This document shows positions 13,944 to 30,000 of a stretch of DNA of 64,000 nucleotides, one piece after another. Made by a program: the position numbers and the translations under genes. Below the pieces are notes generated by a model that saw nothing but the letters and a program-made list of their open reading frames with translations, ran no database searches and was not told the origin of the DNA. Position 1 is the stretch's first letter. The number at the start of each line of letters is the position of its first letter. Source of the stretch: Eledone cirrhosa (taxonomy: Eukaryota); assembly GCA_964016885.1 (NCBI GenBank), contig OZ024741.1, positions 304,730,001 to 304,794,000 on the forward strand. Direction: 5' to 3'.

Positions 13944-15324
13944 AAGTTGGCGTCCATCAGGGCTCTGTTCTCAGCCCCCTACTATTTATTATTGCCCTTC
14001 AGGCTATAACAGAGGAGTTCAAGACAGGCTGCCCATGGGAACTCCTATACGCAGACGACCTGACACTCATAGCGGAATCAATGGCCGAGCTAGAGAAGAA
14101 ATTCCAAACATGGAAGCACGGCCTAGAGTCAAAAGGACTTAAAATTAACCTGGCTAAGACCAAAGTTCTAGTTTGTAGGAAAGAAAACAAGGCGGCGGTC
14201 CCTTCTGGGAAATGGTCGTGCTCGGTATGTAGGAAAGGCGTAGGTAGAAACTCCATCTTATGTCCTAAATGCAAAGTATGGGTGCATAAAAGATGTAGTG
14301 GGATCACAGGTAAGCTAACTAAGAACATAGACTTTACATGTGGCCGATGTTCTGGTGCAATAAGTAGCAGCAAGTGCCCACAAAATACTAGCTCTTTCAA
14401 TTGCGCAGAGGGTTCTATAGAAATAGTGGACAGCTTCCGTTACCTGGGCGATAAAATCAGCAGTGGGGGAGGGTGCTCTGAAAGTACTGTAGCTAGAGTC
14501 AGAACTGGTTGGAAAAAGTTCAGAGAGCTTATACCACTATTAGCTGCTAAAGGGTTCTCCCTAAAAATGAAAGGCAGGTTGTACGATGCCTGCATACGAA
14601 CAGCAATGTTGCATGGTAGTGAGACCTGGGCATTGTGTGCAGAGGATATACGCAGACTAGAGAGGAACGAAGCTTGCATGCTCCGCTGGATGTGTAACAG
14701 TAATATACGTGAACGGCAAAGCATAAACGAACTAAGGAAAAAATTAGAGATAAGAGGGATCAGATGTTGTTTACTCGAGAGAAGGCTACGTTGGTATGGA
14801 CACGTGATGCGCATGAAAGTCGATAGCTGTATTACAAAGTGCAGGGCAATAAAGATAGACGGTAGCCACGGAATAGGCAGACCTAGAAAAACATGGGATG
14901 AGCTGATAAACTCCGACCTCATACACTTACACCTCTCCAAGACAATGTCACTGGACCGTGACCTTTGGCGGTACTCAGTAACAGAGAAGACCCGCCTTGC
15001 CAGTAGGCATCTCTAACAAACTACACCCCGTCCCGCCACCACCCCCACCCCATCCAGGCCGAAACAAACGAGATCGTGTAGGTGTCACGACAAAAAACAC
15101 AGTCCACGCTGTAATGTGGCCGTGTAGGCAACACGGTAAAAACCTCCCAGACCCACACTGTAAATGTGGTTGGTGTTAGGAAGGGCATCCAACTGTAGAA
15201 AACCTGCCAGACAGTCCTATGCGAGCAAGACAATCACTCTTGCCTCAAGTGGAACTACCCCCGTCCAAATCCATGCAAGCGTGGAACACGGACGTTAAAC
15301 GTTGATGATGATGATGATGATGAT
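13944..15324 (+). mobile_element. RTE LINE subfamily A, 5'-truncated, with (GAT)n tail
   Basis: Near-identical to ~36545-38000; small deletion removes the normal stop (ends RLASRHL*); tail gatgatgatg. Confidence 0.95.
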
Positions 15325-16462
<1,138 letters not shown>

Positions 16463-19073
16463 ATCATCATCATCATCATCATCAACGTTTAACGTCCGTG
16501 TTCCACGCTTGCATGGGTTTGGACGGGGGTAGTCCCACTTGAGGCAAGAGTGATTGTCTTGCTCGCATAGGACTGTCTGGCAGGTTTTCTACAGTTGGAT
16601 GCCCTTCCTAACACCAACCACATTTACAGTGTGGGTCTGGGAGGTTTTTACCGTGTTGCCTACACGGCCACATTACAGCGTGGACTGTGTGTTTTTTTGT
16701 CGTGACACCTACACGATCTCATTTGTTTCGGCCTCGATGGCGCGGCACCAACATAACTTTACATAGAACGGGGTGGTGTGGATCGGGTGGGGGTGGTGGT
16801 GGTGGGACGGGGTGTATTTTGTTAGAGATGCCTACTGGCTGGAGTAGGTTTTACTATATATTTAGGTAAGGCGGGTCTTCTCTGTTACTGAGTACCGCCA
16901 AAGGTCTCGGTCCAGTGACATTGTCTTGGAGAGGTGTAAGTGTGTGATGTCGGAGTTTATCAGCTCGTCCCAGGTTTTTCTAGGTCTGCCTATTCCGTGA
17001 CTACCGTCTATCTTTATTGCCCTGCACTTTGTTATACAGCTATCGACTTTCATGCGCATCACGTGTCCATACCAACGTAGCCTTCTCTCGAGTAAACAAC
17101 ATCTGATCCCTCTTATCTCTAATTTTTTCCTTAGTTCGTTTATGCTTTGCCGTTCACGTATATTACTGTTACACATCCAGCGGAGCATGCAAGCTTCGTT
17201 CCTCTCTAGTCTGCGTATATCCTCTGCACACAATGCCCAGGTCTCACTGCCATGCAGCATTGCTGTTCGTATGCAGGCATCGTACAACCTGCCTTTCATT
17301 TTTAGTGAGAACCCTTTAGCAGCTAATAGTGGTATAAGCTCGCTGAACTTTTTCCAACCAGTTCTGACTCTAGCTACAGTACTTTCAGAGCACCCTCCCC
17401 CACTGCTGATTTTATCGCCCAGGTAACGGAAGCTGTCCACTATTTCTATAGAACCCTCTGCGCAATTGAAAGAGCTAGTAGTTTGTGGGCACTTGCTGCT
17501 ACTTATTGCACCAGAGCACCGGCCACATGTAAAATCTATGTTCTTAGTTAGCTTACCTGTGATCCCACTACATCTTTTATGCACCCATACTTTGCATTTA
17601 GGACATAAAATGGAGTTTCTACCTACGCCTTTCCTACACACCGAGCACGACCATTTCCCAGAAGGGACCGCCGCCTTGTTTTCTTTCCTACAAACTAGTA
17701 CTTTGGTCTTAGCCAGGTTAATTTTAAGTCCTTTTGACTCTAGGCCGTGCTTCCATGTTTGGAATTTCTTCTCTAGCTCGGCCATTGATTCCGCTATGAG
17801 TGTCAGGTCGTCTGCGTATAGGAGTTCCCATGGGCAGCCTGTCTTGAACTCCTCTGTTATAGCCTGAAGGGCAATAATAAATAGTAGTGGACTGAGAACA
17901 GAGCCCTGATGGACGCCAACTTTTACGCTAAACTCTTCACTATATTCGTTGTTAATTCTAACCTTGCTGACTGTTTCTTTATACATGGCTTGTATAGCCC
18001 TCACAAGCCATTCGTCAACGCCTAGTTTTCTAAGAGCCCACCAGATAATGGAGCGGGGGACTCTGTCGAAGGCTTTCTCCAAGTCGACAAAAGCTAAGTA
18101 GAGGGGTTTACCTTTAGCTAGGTACTTCTCCTGTAGTTGTCGTACTATGAAAAGAGCGTCTGTGGTACTTTTGCCTGACACAAACCCGAACTGCATTTCA
18201 TCTAGGTCAATTCTCTCTCTGATTAGTTGCGCTATTACTTTTTCCGTGACCTTCATGACCTGGTCGATTAATTTAATGCCTCTATAGTTACTCCTATCTA
18301 GGGCGTCTCCTTTACCCTTATAACAGTTAACGATGATGCTGCTATGCCAGTCCTTCGGAACAACCCCATTCTGTACGACTTGGTTAACTATGCGGGTGAC
18401 CATGGTGTGTCCCACCGTGCCAGATGCCTTCAGCATCTCAGCAACTATTTCCGAAGGCCCAGCCGCCTTACCAGTCTTCATATCCTTGATTGCCTTACTT
18501 ATTATACTCCCCTCGACTAACACTGCTGGTCCCTCTATTGGGTCGATATGGGGGAGACTGCCTTTCTCCCAATTATTCTCCTCATTTAGTAGCCTTTCAT
18601 AGTGACACTTCCAAGCTACCTTCTTATCAGCGTCGGTGATGGCAAGTGTGCCATCGTCGTTTAGTACACACTTCTCCCCGACAATATCACGGTTTTCCTT
18701 GACGCATTGCCTAGCAATCCTGAACACCTCACGTTTTTGGTCATCGCGTTGTAGAACATGCTTGAACTTTCTTTCCTCAGCTTCCCTTCTTGCTAAGTAC
18801 ACTTGTCTCCTAGCTTCCCTCCTGGCCACTAGATAGTCCTCTCTACTTCCCCCATCCCGCCATACTTTCCAAGCCTGCTTTTTGGCCTTAATTGACCCCT
18901 CCACCTTACTGTTCCACCACCATGTTACTCTCCTCCTGCCTACAGGCCTGCTCCAGCCACAGACTTCGTCTGTCGCCAACAGCAGGTTTGCTTTCAGAAA
19001 TTCCCACTCTCCCTCTATATTGTCCGACTCTAAATGTTCTTCCTTACTGTCGAAAGCATCAAGTAATATGCTT
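16463..19073 (-). mobile_element. RTE LINE subfamily A, 5'-truncated, uninterrupted ORF and (GAT)n tail
   Basis: ORF 16862-19177 non-repeat part differs from the 34243 ORF at only a few residues; tail appears as atcatcatc at 16463-16483. Confidence 0.97.
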
Positions 19074-19816
19074 GTATATATATATATATACACACATACA
19101 TACATATATATATATATACACATACATACATATATATATATACACATACATACATATATATATATACACACATACATACATATATATTATACACACATAC
19201 ATACATATATATTATACACACATACATACATATATATATTATACACACATACATATATATATATATATACACACATACATATATATATATATACACACAT
19301 ACATATATATATATATATACACACATACATATATATATATATATACATACATACATATATATATATATATACACACATACATATATATATATATATACAT
19401 ACATACATATATATATATATATACACATACATATATATATATATATACACATACATATATATATATATATACACATACATACATATATATATATACACAT
19501 ACATACATACATATATATATATACACATACATACATATATATATATACACATACATACATATATATATATACACACATACATATATATATATATACACAC
19601 ATACATATATATATATACACATACATACATATATATATATACACATACATATATATATATATATACACATACATATATATATATATATACACATACATAT
19701 ATATATATATATACACATACATATATATATATATATACACATACATATATATATATACACATACATATATATATATACACATACATATATATATATACAC
19801 ATACATATATATATAT

Positions 19817-19865
<49 letters not shown>

Positions 19866-19872
19866 TATATAT

Positions 19873-19913
<41 letters not shown>

Positions 19914-19930
19914 CATATATATATACACAT
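19074..19930. repeat. Mixed (TA)/(CA) microsatellite
   Basis: Direct reading. Confidence 0.95.
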
Positions 19931-22545
19931 ACAAATTAAGCAAAAACATTCTTGACAGGGTGATACTGCAAATTAAGAACTTGGATTGTGTATCTAACCT
20001 GAGCTTGTGGAAGGGAACTGGAGAGGTTGTTGAGTGGTTTAGGCAAATTAAATATGACAATAATAATAGGTTTATTCAACTTGATATAGCTAACTATTAT
20101 TCTTCTATTACCCCTAGTCTACTAAATAAGGCACTAAATTACGCATTCAAACATACGGACCTAACTAGCAAAGAAATGCATATTATATTATCGGCTAGGA
20201 AAACTTTGATAGAATTTAATGACAAATTATGGACCAGAGCAGATAGAGATAGCAATTTTGACATAACTATGGGATCTTCTGACTCAGCTCAGGTAACTGA
20301 CCTTGTGGGCTTATTTTTAATCAATTCGCTACATAGGAAAATACCTGGTACTACCGGAGGTTTATATAGGGATGACATGCTTTTACTTATTAATAATAAT
20401 AACCCTGAACTAAATAGAAAATGTAAACAAATTACAAAATTTTTTAATTACTTTAACCTTAAAATAGAAATTGAGAACAACCATAGAATAGTCAATTTCC
20501 TAGATATAACATTAAATCTCAACACATGTCTCCACTATCCTTTTCACAAGTTGAATGAAAACTTAAACTATGTCAACTTTAACTCTAACCACCCCAGATC
20601 TGTCAAAAACACTATAGTAAACTCAGTCCAAAAACGTATCTCTAGGATCTCGTCGAATAGAAAGATTTTTGACGAAAAGGCCCAATACTATAATGATGCA
20701 CTAGCTAGGGCAGGGTATGCTGATAAGATTGTGTACATAGATAATGATAGACAAACTAAACAAAGTAACAACTTTTTTAATTACGGCAACAACATTAACA
20801 ACTATAATAGAAAGCATTACAATAATTCCAAAGGACAAAAAAGAAATAGAACTAGGAACATAATTTGGTTTGCCCCCCCCCCCCCCTCTCACTAAACATT
20901 AAAACCCACATCGCTAAATTATTTTTCAAAGCTCTTGATAATCGCTTCCCTAGAACACATAGGTATCACTCAATCTTCAATAGGCATACAATTAAATTAA
21001 CCTACTCATCCACCAAAAATTTAGCACAAAATATTAATAGAATAAATAATAGGAACTTAAAACCTACTGATAATAGCATAAATAATATACAAGTTAACAA
21101 ATATAACTGTAGAGATAGATCTAAATGTCCGTTAAATAACAACTGCTTAGTTAAAAATATAGTATACAATTGTAATGTTAATACTGACTCTAATTCTTTT
21201 AACTACGTCGGTTCCACATCGACGGAATTTAAACTTCGCTATAATAACCACAAGAATTCTTTCACAGATCCAAATAAAAAATCTTCAACGGCACTATCAG
21301 GGGTACTCTGGCAACTTAAGCTAGATAACGTTTGATATTCGACGGCTTGGAATATAGTCTCAAGAGGGATTCCTTTTAATTCATCCTCTGAGACATGTGA
21401 CCTCTGCGCAGAGGAGATATTCTTTATACTAAAATCTAAAAATTCCCTTAACCTACGGACAAATTTATTCAGTTGTTGCAAACATAGATTAAACTCAACG
21501 TTTAAATATAAATTTAAATTTAAAATGTAGTATATTTAGTTTGATTTATATTTATATGAGAACTAGCCGATAAATCTTTTGATCCCTAAATCTTTGATTC
21601 CCTCTTTTTACTCTTTTTATTGTTTAATTTATTTTATTTATTTTTATTTTTATCTAAACATTCCTCATGAAAAATTAAGCTACCCTAAAAGCCGATGCTC
21701 CAAATTTTTTGAATTAACCTTACACTAGATAAACTTCTATATTAAATATAGGAACATATGTAGACATTATTGGACATCATAATCTTTTTGCGATATTCTT
21801 TGCTAGATGTGATTTGATAGATAATTTTTGGCTTTGTCTTGTAATGAACTTGGCAATATATTGTCAATTAACTTTGAAGGGTTGTTCTTTGTGGTTTATT
21901 TTTATTTTTATTCTTTTAGTATTGTAGTATTCTATAATATTTTTATTTTTATTTTATTTTTAATATTTTTATATGCAAATTTTTAATACGTAATATTTTT
22001 TTAATACGTAGTATTTTTAATATGCAATATTTTTATTATGTAATATTCTTTCGTAATATTTTTTTAGTTTTCTATTCTATATTTTTATATATTTTTACTT
22101 ATTATTATTATTATTGTTATCTTTGTTTATAATATAATATATATTTTCGATTAGTATATTGAAATCTGCTCTCTATTTCTGCTTGATAGATAATCTTGTA
22201 GAGTAATCGCAAGAATAATAATACGCTCAAATTTTTTATACCACATTGAGAATGTTTTCCGATAACTTAGAGTTTGCGGAGTGAATCAGTTGGATTCACA
22301 TTGAGATTTGTAGCTGTCACATAGACATATGAATTTTTAAAACTAAACATAAGATAATGAATTTTCACACATTGTGAATACTTGTTTCATTCAGGAATAC
22401 TGATATTTACAATATAGTGTAAGTTTTATAAATACTAATACATTAAAACATAGGGTTTTCTACGCCTCGAATATGTCTGGCTATTTTTAAATTTTTTTCT
22501 CTCTCTATATCTCTCTATATATCTCCCTTACATTAATACTTGAGC

Positions 22546-22588
<43 letters not shown>

Positions 22589-23125
22589 ATGTATCATTGA
22601 TACACTTACTCAAAATGACCTCCCACTACCTAATTTTCTATATATATATATGTATCTATCTCTATTTCCTCTCTCTCTATATATATATATAACTCTTTCT
22701 GTCTCTTTACATGAAGCTCTTCGCTTTATCTATTTTTCCATCTCTCTATTTTGTTCCATGCATTTCTTCTTTTTCTTCTTTTTCTTCGTTTTGTCTTTCT
22801 TTCTTTCTTTTTCCCCTCTTTTCTTTCTTTCTTTCTCTCTGTATTTTCACTGCTAGCGTAAACCTCTTCAAATGAAGTTGATGTTTATTACGGTATGTCG
22901 AATATATTTATCTATAAAACTGTTTATATTGTATTTTGTCTGATGAAGGCATAGCATATTGTTAATATGATATCCCCGAAATATATATAATGAAATAAAT
23001 ATGGTTTTATAAATATAGTTTTCCATTTATTTAACATTGTAAATATACTCCAAATATTTGTAGAGTGCTTTTATATCAGTTATAAATATTTACTAGTTGT
23101 AACCCAACAATTTTAAATATAACTT
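19931..23125 (+). mobile_element. Penelope-like element (Naiad-like), 5'-truncated: RT + C-terminal GIY-YIG endonuclease + AT-rich 3' region
   Basis: [40 protein letters not shown]; frameshift in poly-C at ~20873-20886; then NCR..CPL..CL..VY..YVGST..FKLRYNNH..STALS..W; after an in-frame TGA (21333) the frame continues through CDLC..CKH to TAG at 21528-21530. Clade is from motif recall. Confidence 0.85.
22933..22990 (+). ncRNA. Putative minimal hammerhead ribozyme in the PLE 3' region
   Basis: CTGATGA (22940-22946), imperfect stem II ggcatagcatatt-gtt-aatatgatatcc, GAAA, palindromic TATATA; stem I is weak. Confidence 0.55.
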
Positions 23126-24098
<973 letters not shown>

Positions 24099-27000
24099 TC
24101 TCTCTCTCCTCTCTCTCTCTCATTTCGTATTTCAAGTCCAAATAGCCATTCTATCGCTAAAACAAACTACATTTTCTGTTCCTATTAAGTGCTAAATACG
24201 TTTAGGTTTTTGGACGTATTTAACTGAACAAATTTTGTATTTTTGTTAATCGCTTGTTAAATGCATAGACAAATCTCAATCATTACCTTCTTGCTAGCTA
24301 TTTTCAAACCTTAATTCCTAACGTATTTTCAAACCCCAAAAAAAGCAAAATCCTTTCCTTCTTCCTTCTTCGAAGGCACGGGGCGGTCAAACGCCTAACA
24401 CCCACAGCCATCATGTGGCCCCCTACCCTCGCACTCTCTCTCTCTCTCTCTCTCCCTATAAATATATGATAGGAATTCACTTCGCCAAATTTCATTTCTT
24501 TGCCTGCTGTCCGAACGAAAATCATGTAAACGTAAGGTACAGACTTCATCTCTCTCTCCTCTCTCTCTCTCATTTCGTATTTCAAGTCCAAATAGCCATT
24601 CTATCGCTAAAACAAACTACATTTTCTGTTCCTATTAAGTGCTAAATACGTTTAGGTTTTTGGACGTATTTAACTGAACAAATTTTGTATTTTTGTTAAT
24701 CGCTTGTTAAATGCATAGACAAATCTCAATCATTACCTTCTTGCTAGCTATTTTCAAACCTTAATTCCTAACGTATTTTCAAACCCCAAAAAAAGCAAAA
24801 TCCTTTCCTTCTTCCTTCTTCGAAGGCACGGGGCGGTCAAACGCCTAACACCCACAGCCATCATGTGGCCCCCTACCCTCGCACTCTCTCTCTCTCTCTC
24901 TCTCCCTATAAATATATGATAGGAATTCACTTCGCCAAATTTCATTTCTTTGCCTGCTGTCCGAACGAAAATCATGTAAACGTAAGGTACAGACTTCATC
25001 TCTCTCTCCTCTCTCTCTCTCATTTCGTATTATTTCAAGTCCAAATAGCCATTCTATCGCTAAAACAAACTACATTTTCTGTTCCTATTAAGTGCTAAAT
25101 ACGTTTAGGTTTTTGGACGTATTTAACTGAACAAATTTTGTATTTTTGTTAATCGCTTGTTAAATGCATAGACAAATCTCAATCATTACCTTCTTGCTAG
25201 CTATTTTCAAACCTTAATTCCTAACGTATTTTCAAACCCCAAAAAAAGCAAAATCCTTTCCTTCTTCCTTCTTCGAAGGCACGGGGCGGTCAAACGCCTA
25301 ACACCCACAGCCATCATGTGGCCCCCTACCCTCGCACTCTCTCTCTCTCTCTCTCTCCCTATAAATATATGATAGGAATTCACTTCGCCAAATTTCATTT
25401 CTTTGCCTGCTGTCCGAACGAAAATCATGTAAACGTAAGGTACAGACTTCATCTCTCTCTCCTCTCTCTCTCTCATTTCGTATTTCAAGTCCAAATAGCC
25501 ATTCTATCGCTAAAACAAACTACATTTTCTGTTCCTATTAAGTGCTAAATACGTTTAGGTTTTTGGACGTATTTAACTGAACAAATTTTGTATTTTTGTT
25601 AATCGCTTGTTAAATGCATAGACAAATCTCAATCATTACCTTCTTGCTAGCTATTTTCAAACCTTAATTCCTAACGTATTTTCAAACCCCAAAAAAAGCA
25701 AAATCCTTTCCTTCTTCCTTCTTCGAAGGCACGGGGCGGTCAAACGCCTAACACCCACAGCCATCATGTGGCCCCCTACCCTCGCACTCTCTCTCTCTCT
25801 CTCTCTCCCTATAAATATATGATAGGAATTCACTTCGCCAAATTTCATTTCTTTGCCTGCTGTCCGAACGAAAATCATGTAAACGTAAGGTACAGACTTC
25901 ATCTCTCTCTCCTCTCTCTCTCTCATTTCGTATTTCAAGTCCAAATAGCCATTCTATCGCTAAAACAAACTACATTTTCTGTTCCTATTAAGTGCTAAAT
26001 ACGTTTAGGTTTTTGGACGTATTTAACTGAACAAATTTTGTATTTTTGTTAATCGCTTGTTAAATGCATAGACAAATCTCAATCATTACCTTCTTGCTAG
26101 CTATTTTCAAACCTTAATTCCTAACGTATTTTCAAACCCCAAAAAAAGCAAAATCCTTTCCTTCTTCCTTCTTCGAAGGCACGGGGCGGTCAAACGCCTA
26201 ACACCCACAGCCATCATGTGGCCCCCTACCCTCGCACTCTCTCTCTCTCTCTCTCTCCCTATAAATATATGATAGGAATTCACTTCGCCAAATTTCATTT
26301 CTTTGCCTGCTGTCCGAACGAAAATCATGTAAACGTAAGGTACAGACTTCATCTCTCTCTCCTCTCTCTCTCTCATTTCGTATTTCAAGTCCAAATAGCC
26401 ATTCTATCGCTAAAACAAACTACATTTTCTGTTCCTATTAAGTGCTAAATACGTTTAGGTTTTTGGACGTATTTAACTGAACAAATTTTGTATTTTTGTT
26501 AATCGCTTGTTAAATGCATAGACAAATCTCAATCATTACCTTCTTGCTAGCTATTTTCAAACCTTAATTCCTAACGTATTTTCAAACCCCAAAAAAAGCA
26601 AAATCCTTTCCTTCTTCCTTCTTCGAAGGCACGGGGCGGTCAAACGCCTAACACCCACAGCCATCATGTGGCCCCCTACCCTCGCACTCTCTCTCTCTCT
26701 CTCTCTCCCTATAAATATATGATAGGAATTCACTTCGCCAAATTTCATTTCTTTGCCTGCTGTCCGAACGAAAATCATGTAAACGTAAGGTACAGACTTC
26801 ATCATCTCTCTCTCCTCTCTCTCTCTCATTTCGTATTTCAAGTCCAAATAGCCATTCTATCGCTAAAACAAACTACATTTTCTGTTCCTATTAAGTGCTA
26901 AATACGTTTAGGTTTTTGGACGTATTTAACTGAACAAATTTTGTATTTTTGTTAATCGCTTGTTAAATGCATAGACAAATCTCAATCATTACCTTCTTGC

Positions 27001-30000
27001 TAGCTATTTTCAAACCTTAATTCCTAACGTATTTTCAAACCCCAAAAAAAGCAAAATCCTTTCCTTCTTCCTTCTTCGAAGGCACGGGGCGGTCAAACGC
27101 CTAACACCCACAGCCATCATGTGGCCCCCTACCCTCGCACTCTCTCTCTCTCTCTCTCTCCCTATAAATATATGATAGGAATTCACTTCGCCAAATTTCA
27201 TTTCTTTGCCTGCTGTCCGAACGAAAATCATGTAAACGTAAGGTACAGACTTCATCTCTCTCTCCTCTCTCTCTCTCATTTCGTATTTCAAGTCCAAATA
27301 GCCATTCTATCGCTAAAACAAACTACATTTTCTGTTCCTATTAAGTGCTAAATACGTTTAGGTTTTTGGACGTATTTAACTGAACAAATTTTGTATTTTT
27401 GTTAATCGCTTGTTAAATGCATAGACAAATCTCAATCATTACCTTCTTGCTAGCTATTTTCAAACCTTAATTCCTAACGTATTTTCAAACCCCAAAAAAA
27501 GCAAAATCCTTTCCTTCTTCCTTCTTCGAAGGCACGGGGCGGTCAAACGCCTAACACCCACAGCCATCATGTGGCCCCCTACCCTCGCACTCTCTCTCTC
27601 TCTCTCTCTCCCTATAAATATATGATAGGAATTCACTTCGCCAAATTTCATTTCTTTGCCTGCTGTCCGAACGAAAATCATGTAAACGTAAGGTACAGAC
27701 TTCATCTCTCTCTCCTCTCTCTCTCTCATTTCGTATTTCAAGTCCAAATAGCCATTCTATCGCTAAAACAAACTACATTTTCTGTTCCTATTAAGTGCTA
27801 AATACGTTTAGGTTTTTGGACGTATTTAACTGAACAAATTTTGTATTTTTGTTAATCGCTTGTTAAATGCATAGACAAATCTCAATCATTACCTTCTTGC
27901 TAGCTATTTTCAAACCTTAATTCCTAACGTATTTTCAAACCCCAAAAAAAGCAAAATCCTTTCCTTCTTCCTTCTTCGAAGGCACGGGGCGGTCAAACGC
28001 CTAACACCCACAGCCATCATGTGGCCCCCTACCCTCGCACTCTCTCTCTCTCTCTCTCTCCCTATAAATATATGATAGGAATTCACTTCGCCAAATTTCA
28101 TTTCTTTGCCTGCTGTCCGAACGAAAATCATGTAAACGTAAGGTACAGACTTCATCTCTCTCTCCTCTCTCTCTCTCATTTCGTATTTCAAGTCCAAATA
28201 GCCATTCTATCGCTAAAACAAACTACATTTTCTGTTCCTATTAAGTGCTAAATACGTTTAGGTTTTTGGACGTATTTAACTGAACAAATTTTGTATTTTT
28301 GTTAATCGCTTGTTAAATGCATAGACAAATCTCAATCATTACCTTCTTGCTAGCTATTTTCAAACCTTAATTCCTAACGTATTTTCAAACCCCAAAAAAA
28401 GCAAAATCCTTTCCTTCTTCCTTCTTCGAAGGCACGGGGCGGTCAAACGCCTAACACCCACAGCCATCATGTGGCCCCCTACCCTCGCACTCTCTCTCTC
28501 TCTCTCTCTCCCTATAAATATATGATAGGAATTCACTTCGCCAAATTTCATTTCTTTGCCTGCTGTCCGAACGAAAATCATGTAAACGTAAGGTACAGAC
28601 TTCATCTCTCTCTCCTCTCTCTCTCTCATTTCGTATTTCAAGTCCAAATAGCCATTCTATCGCTAAAACAAACTACATTTTCTGTTCCTATTAAGTGCTA
28701 AATACGTTTAGGTTTTTGGACGTATTTAACTGAACAAATTTTGTATTTTTGTTAATCGCTTGTTAAATGCATAGACAAATCTCAATCATTACCTTCTTGC
28801 TAGCTATTTTCAAACCTTAATTCCTAACGTATTTTCAAACCCCAAAAAAAGCAAAATCCTTTCCTTCTTCCTTCTTCGAAGGCACGGGGCGGTCAAACGC
28901 CTAACACCCACAGCCATCATGTGGCCCCCTACCCTCGCACTCTCTCTCTCTCTCTCTCTCCCTATAAATATATGATAGGAATTCACTTCGCCAAATTTCA
29001 TTTCTTTGCCTGCTGTCCGAACGAAAATCATGTAAACGTAAGGTACAGACTTCATCTCTCTCTCCTCTCTCTCTCTCATTTCGTATTTCAAGTCCAAATA
29101 GCCATTCTATCGCTAAAACAAACTACATTTTCTGTTCCTATTAAGTGCTAAATACGTTTAGGTTTTTGGACGTATTTAACTGAACAAATTTTGTATTTTT
29201 GTTAATCGCTTGTTAAATGCATAGACAAATCTCAATCATTACCTTCTTGCTAGCTATTTTCAAACCTTAATTCCTAACGTATTTTCAAACCCCAAAAAAA
29301 GCAAAATCCTTTCCTTCTTCCTTCTTCGAAGGCACGGGGCGGTCAAACGCCTAACACCCACAGCCATCATGTGGCCCCCTACCCTCGCACTCTCTCTCTC
29401 TCTCTCTCTCCCTATAAATATATGATAGGAATTCACTTCGCCAAATTTCATTTCTTTGCCTGCTGTCCGAACGAAAATCATGTAAACGTAAGGTACAGAC
29501 TTCATCTCTCTCTCCTCTCTCTCTCTCATTTCGTATTTCAAGTCCAAATAGCCATTCTATCGCTAAAACAAACTACATTTTCTGTTCCTATTAAGTGCTA
29601 AATACGTTTAGGTTTTTGGACGTATTTAACTGAACAAATTTTGTATTTTTGTTAATCGCTTGTTAAATGCATAGACAAATCTCAATCATTACCTTCTTGC
29701 TAGCTATTTTCAAACCTTAATTCCTAACGTATTTTCAAACCCCAAAAAAAGCAAAATCCTTTCCTTCTTCCTTCTTCGAAGGCACGGGGCGGTCAAACGC
29801 CTAACACCCACAGCCATCATGTGGCCCCCTACCCTCGCACTCTCTCTCTCTCTCTCTCTCCCTATAAATATATGATAGGAATTCACTTCGCCAAATTTCA
29901 TTTCTTTGCCTGCTGTCCGAACGAAAATCATGTAAACGTAAGGTACAGACTTCATCTCTCTCTCCTCTCTCTCTCTCATTTCGTATTTCAAGTCCAAATA

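Noticed and set aside
24355-24376. Heat-shock element in the monomer (ttcttcgaa)
   Set aside because: Spacing does not fit alternating nGAAn/nTTCn units
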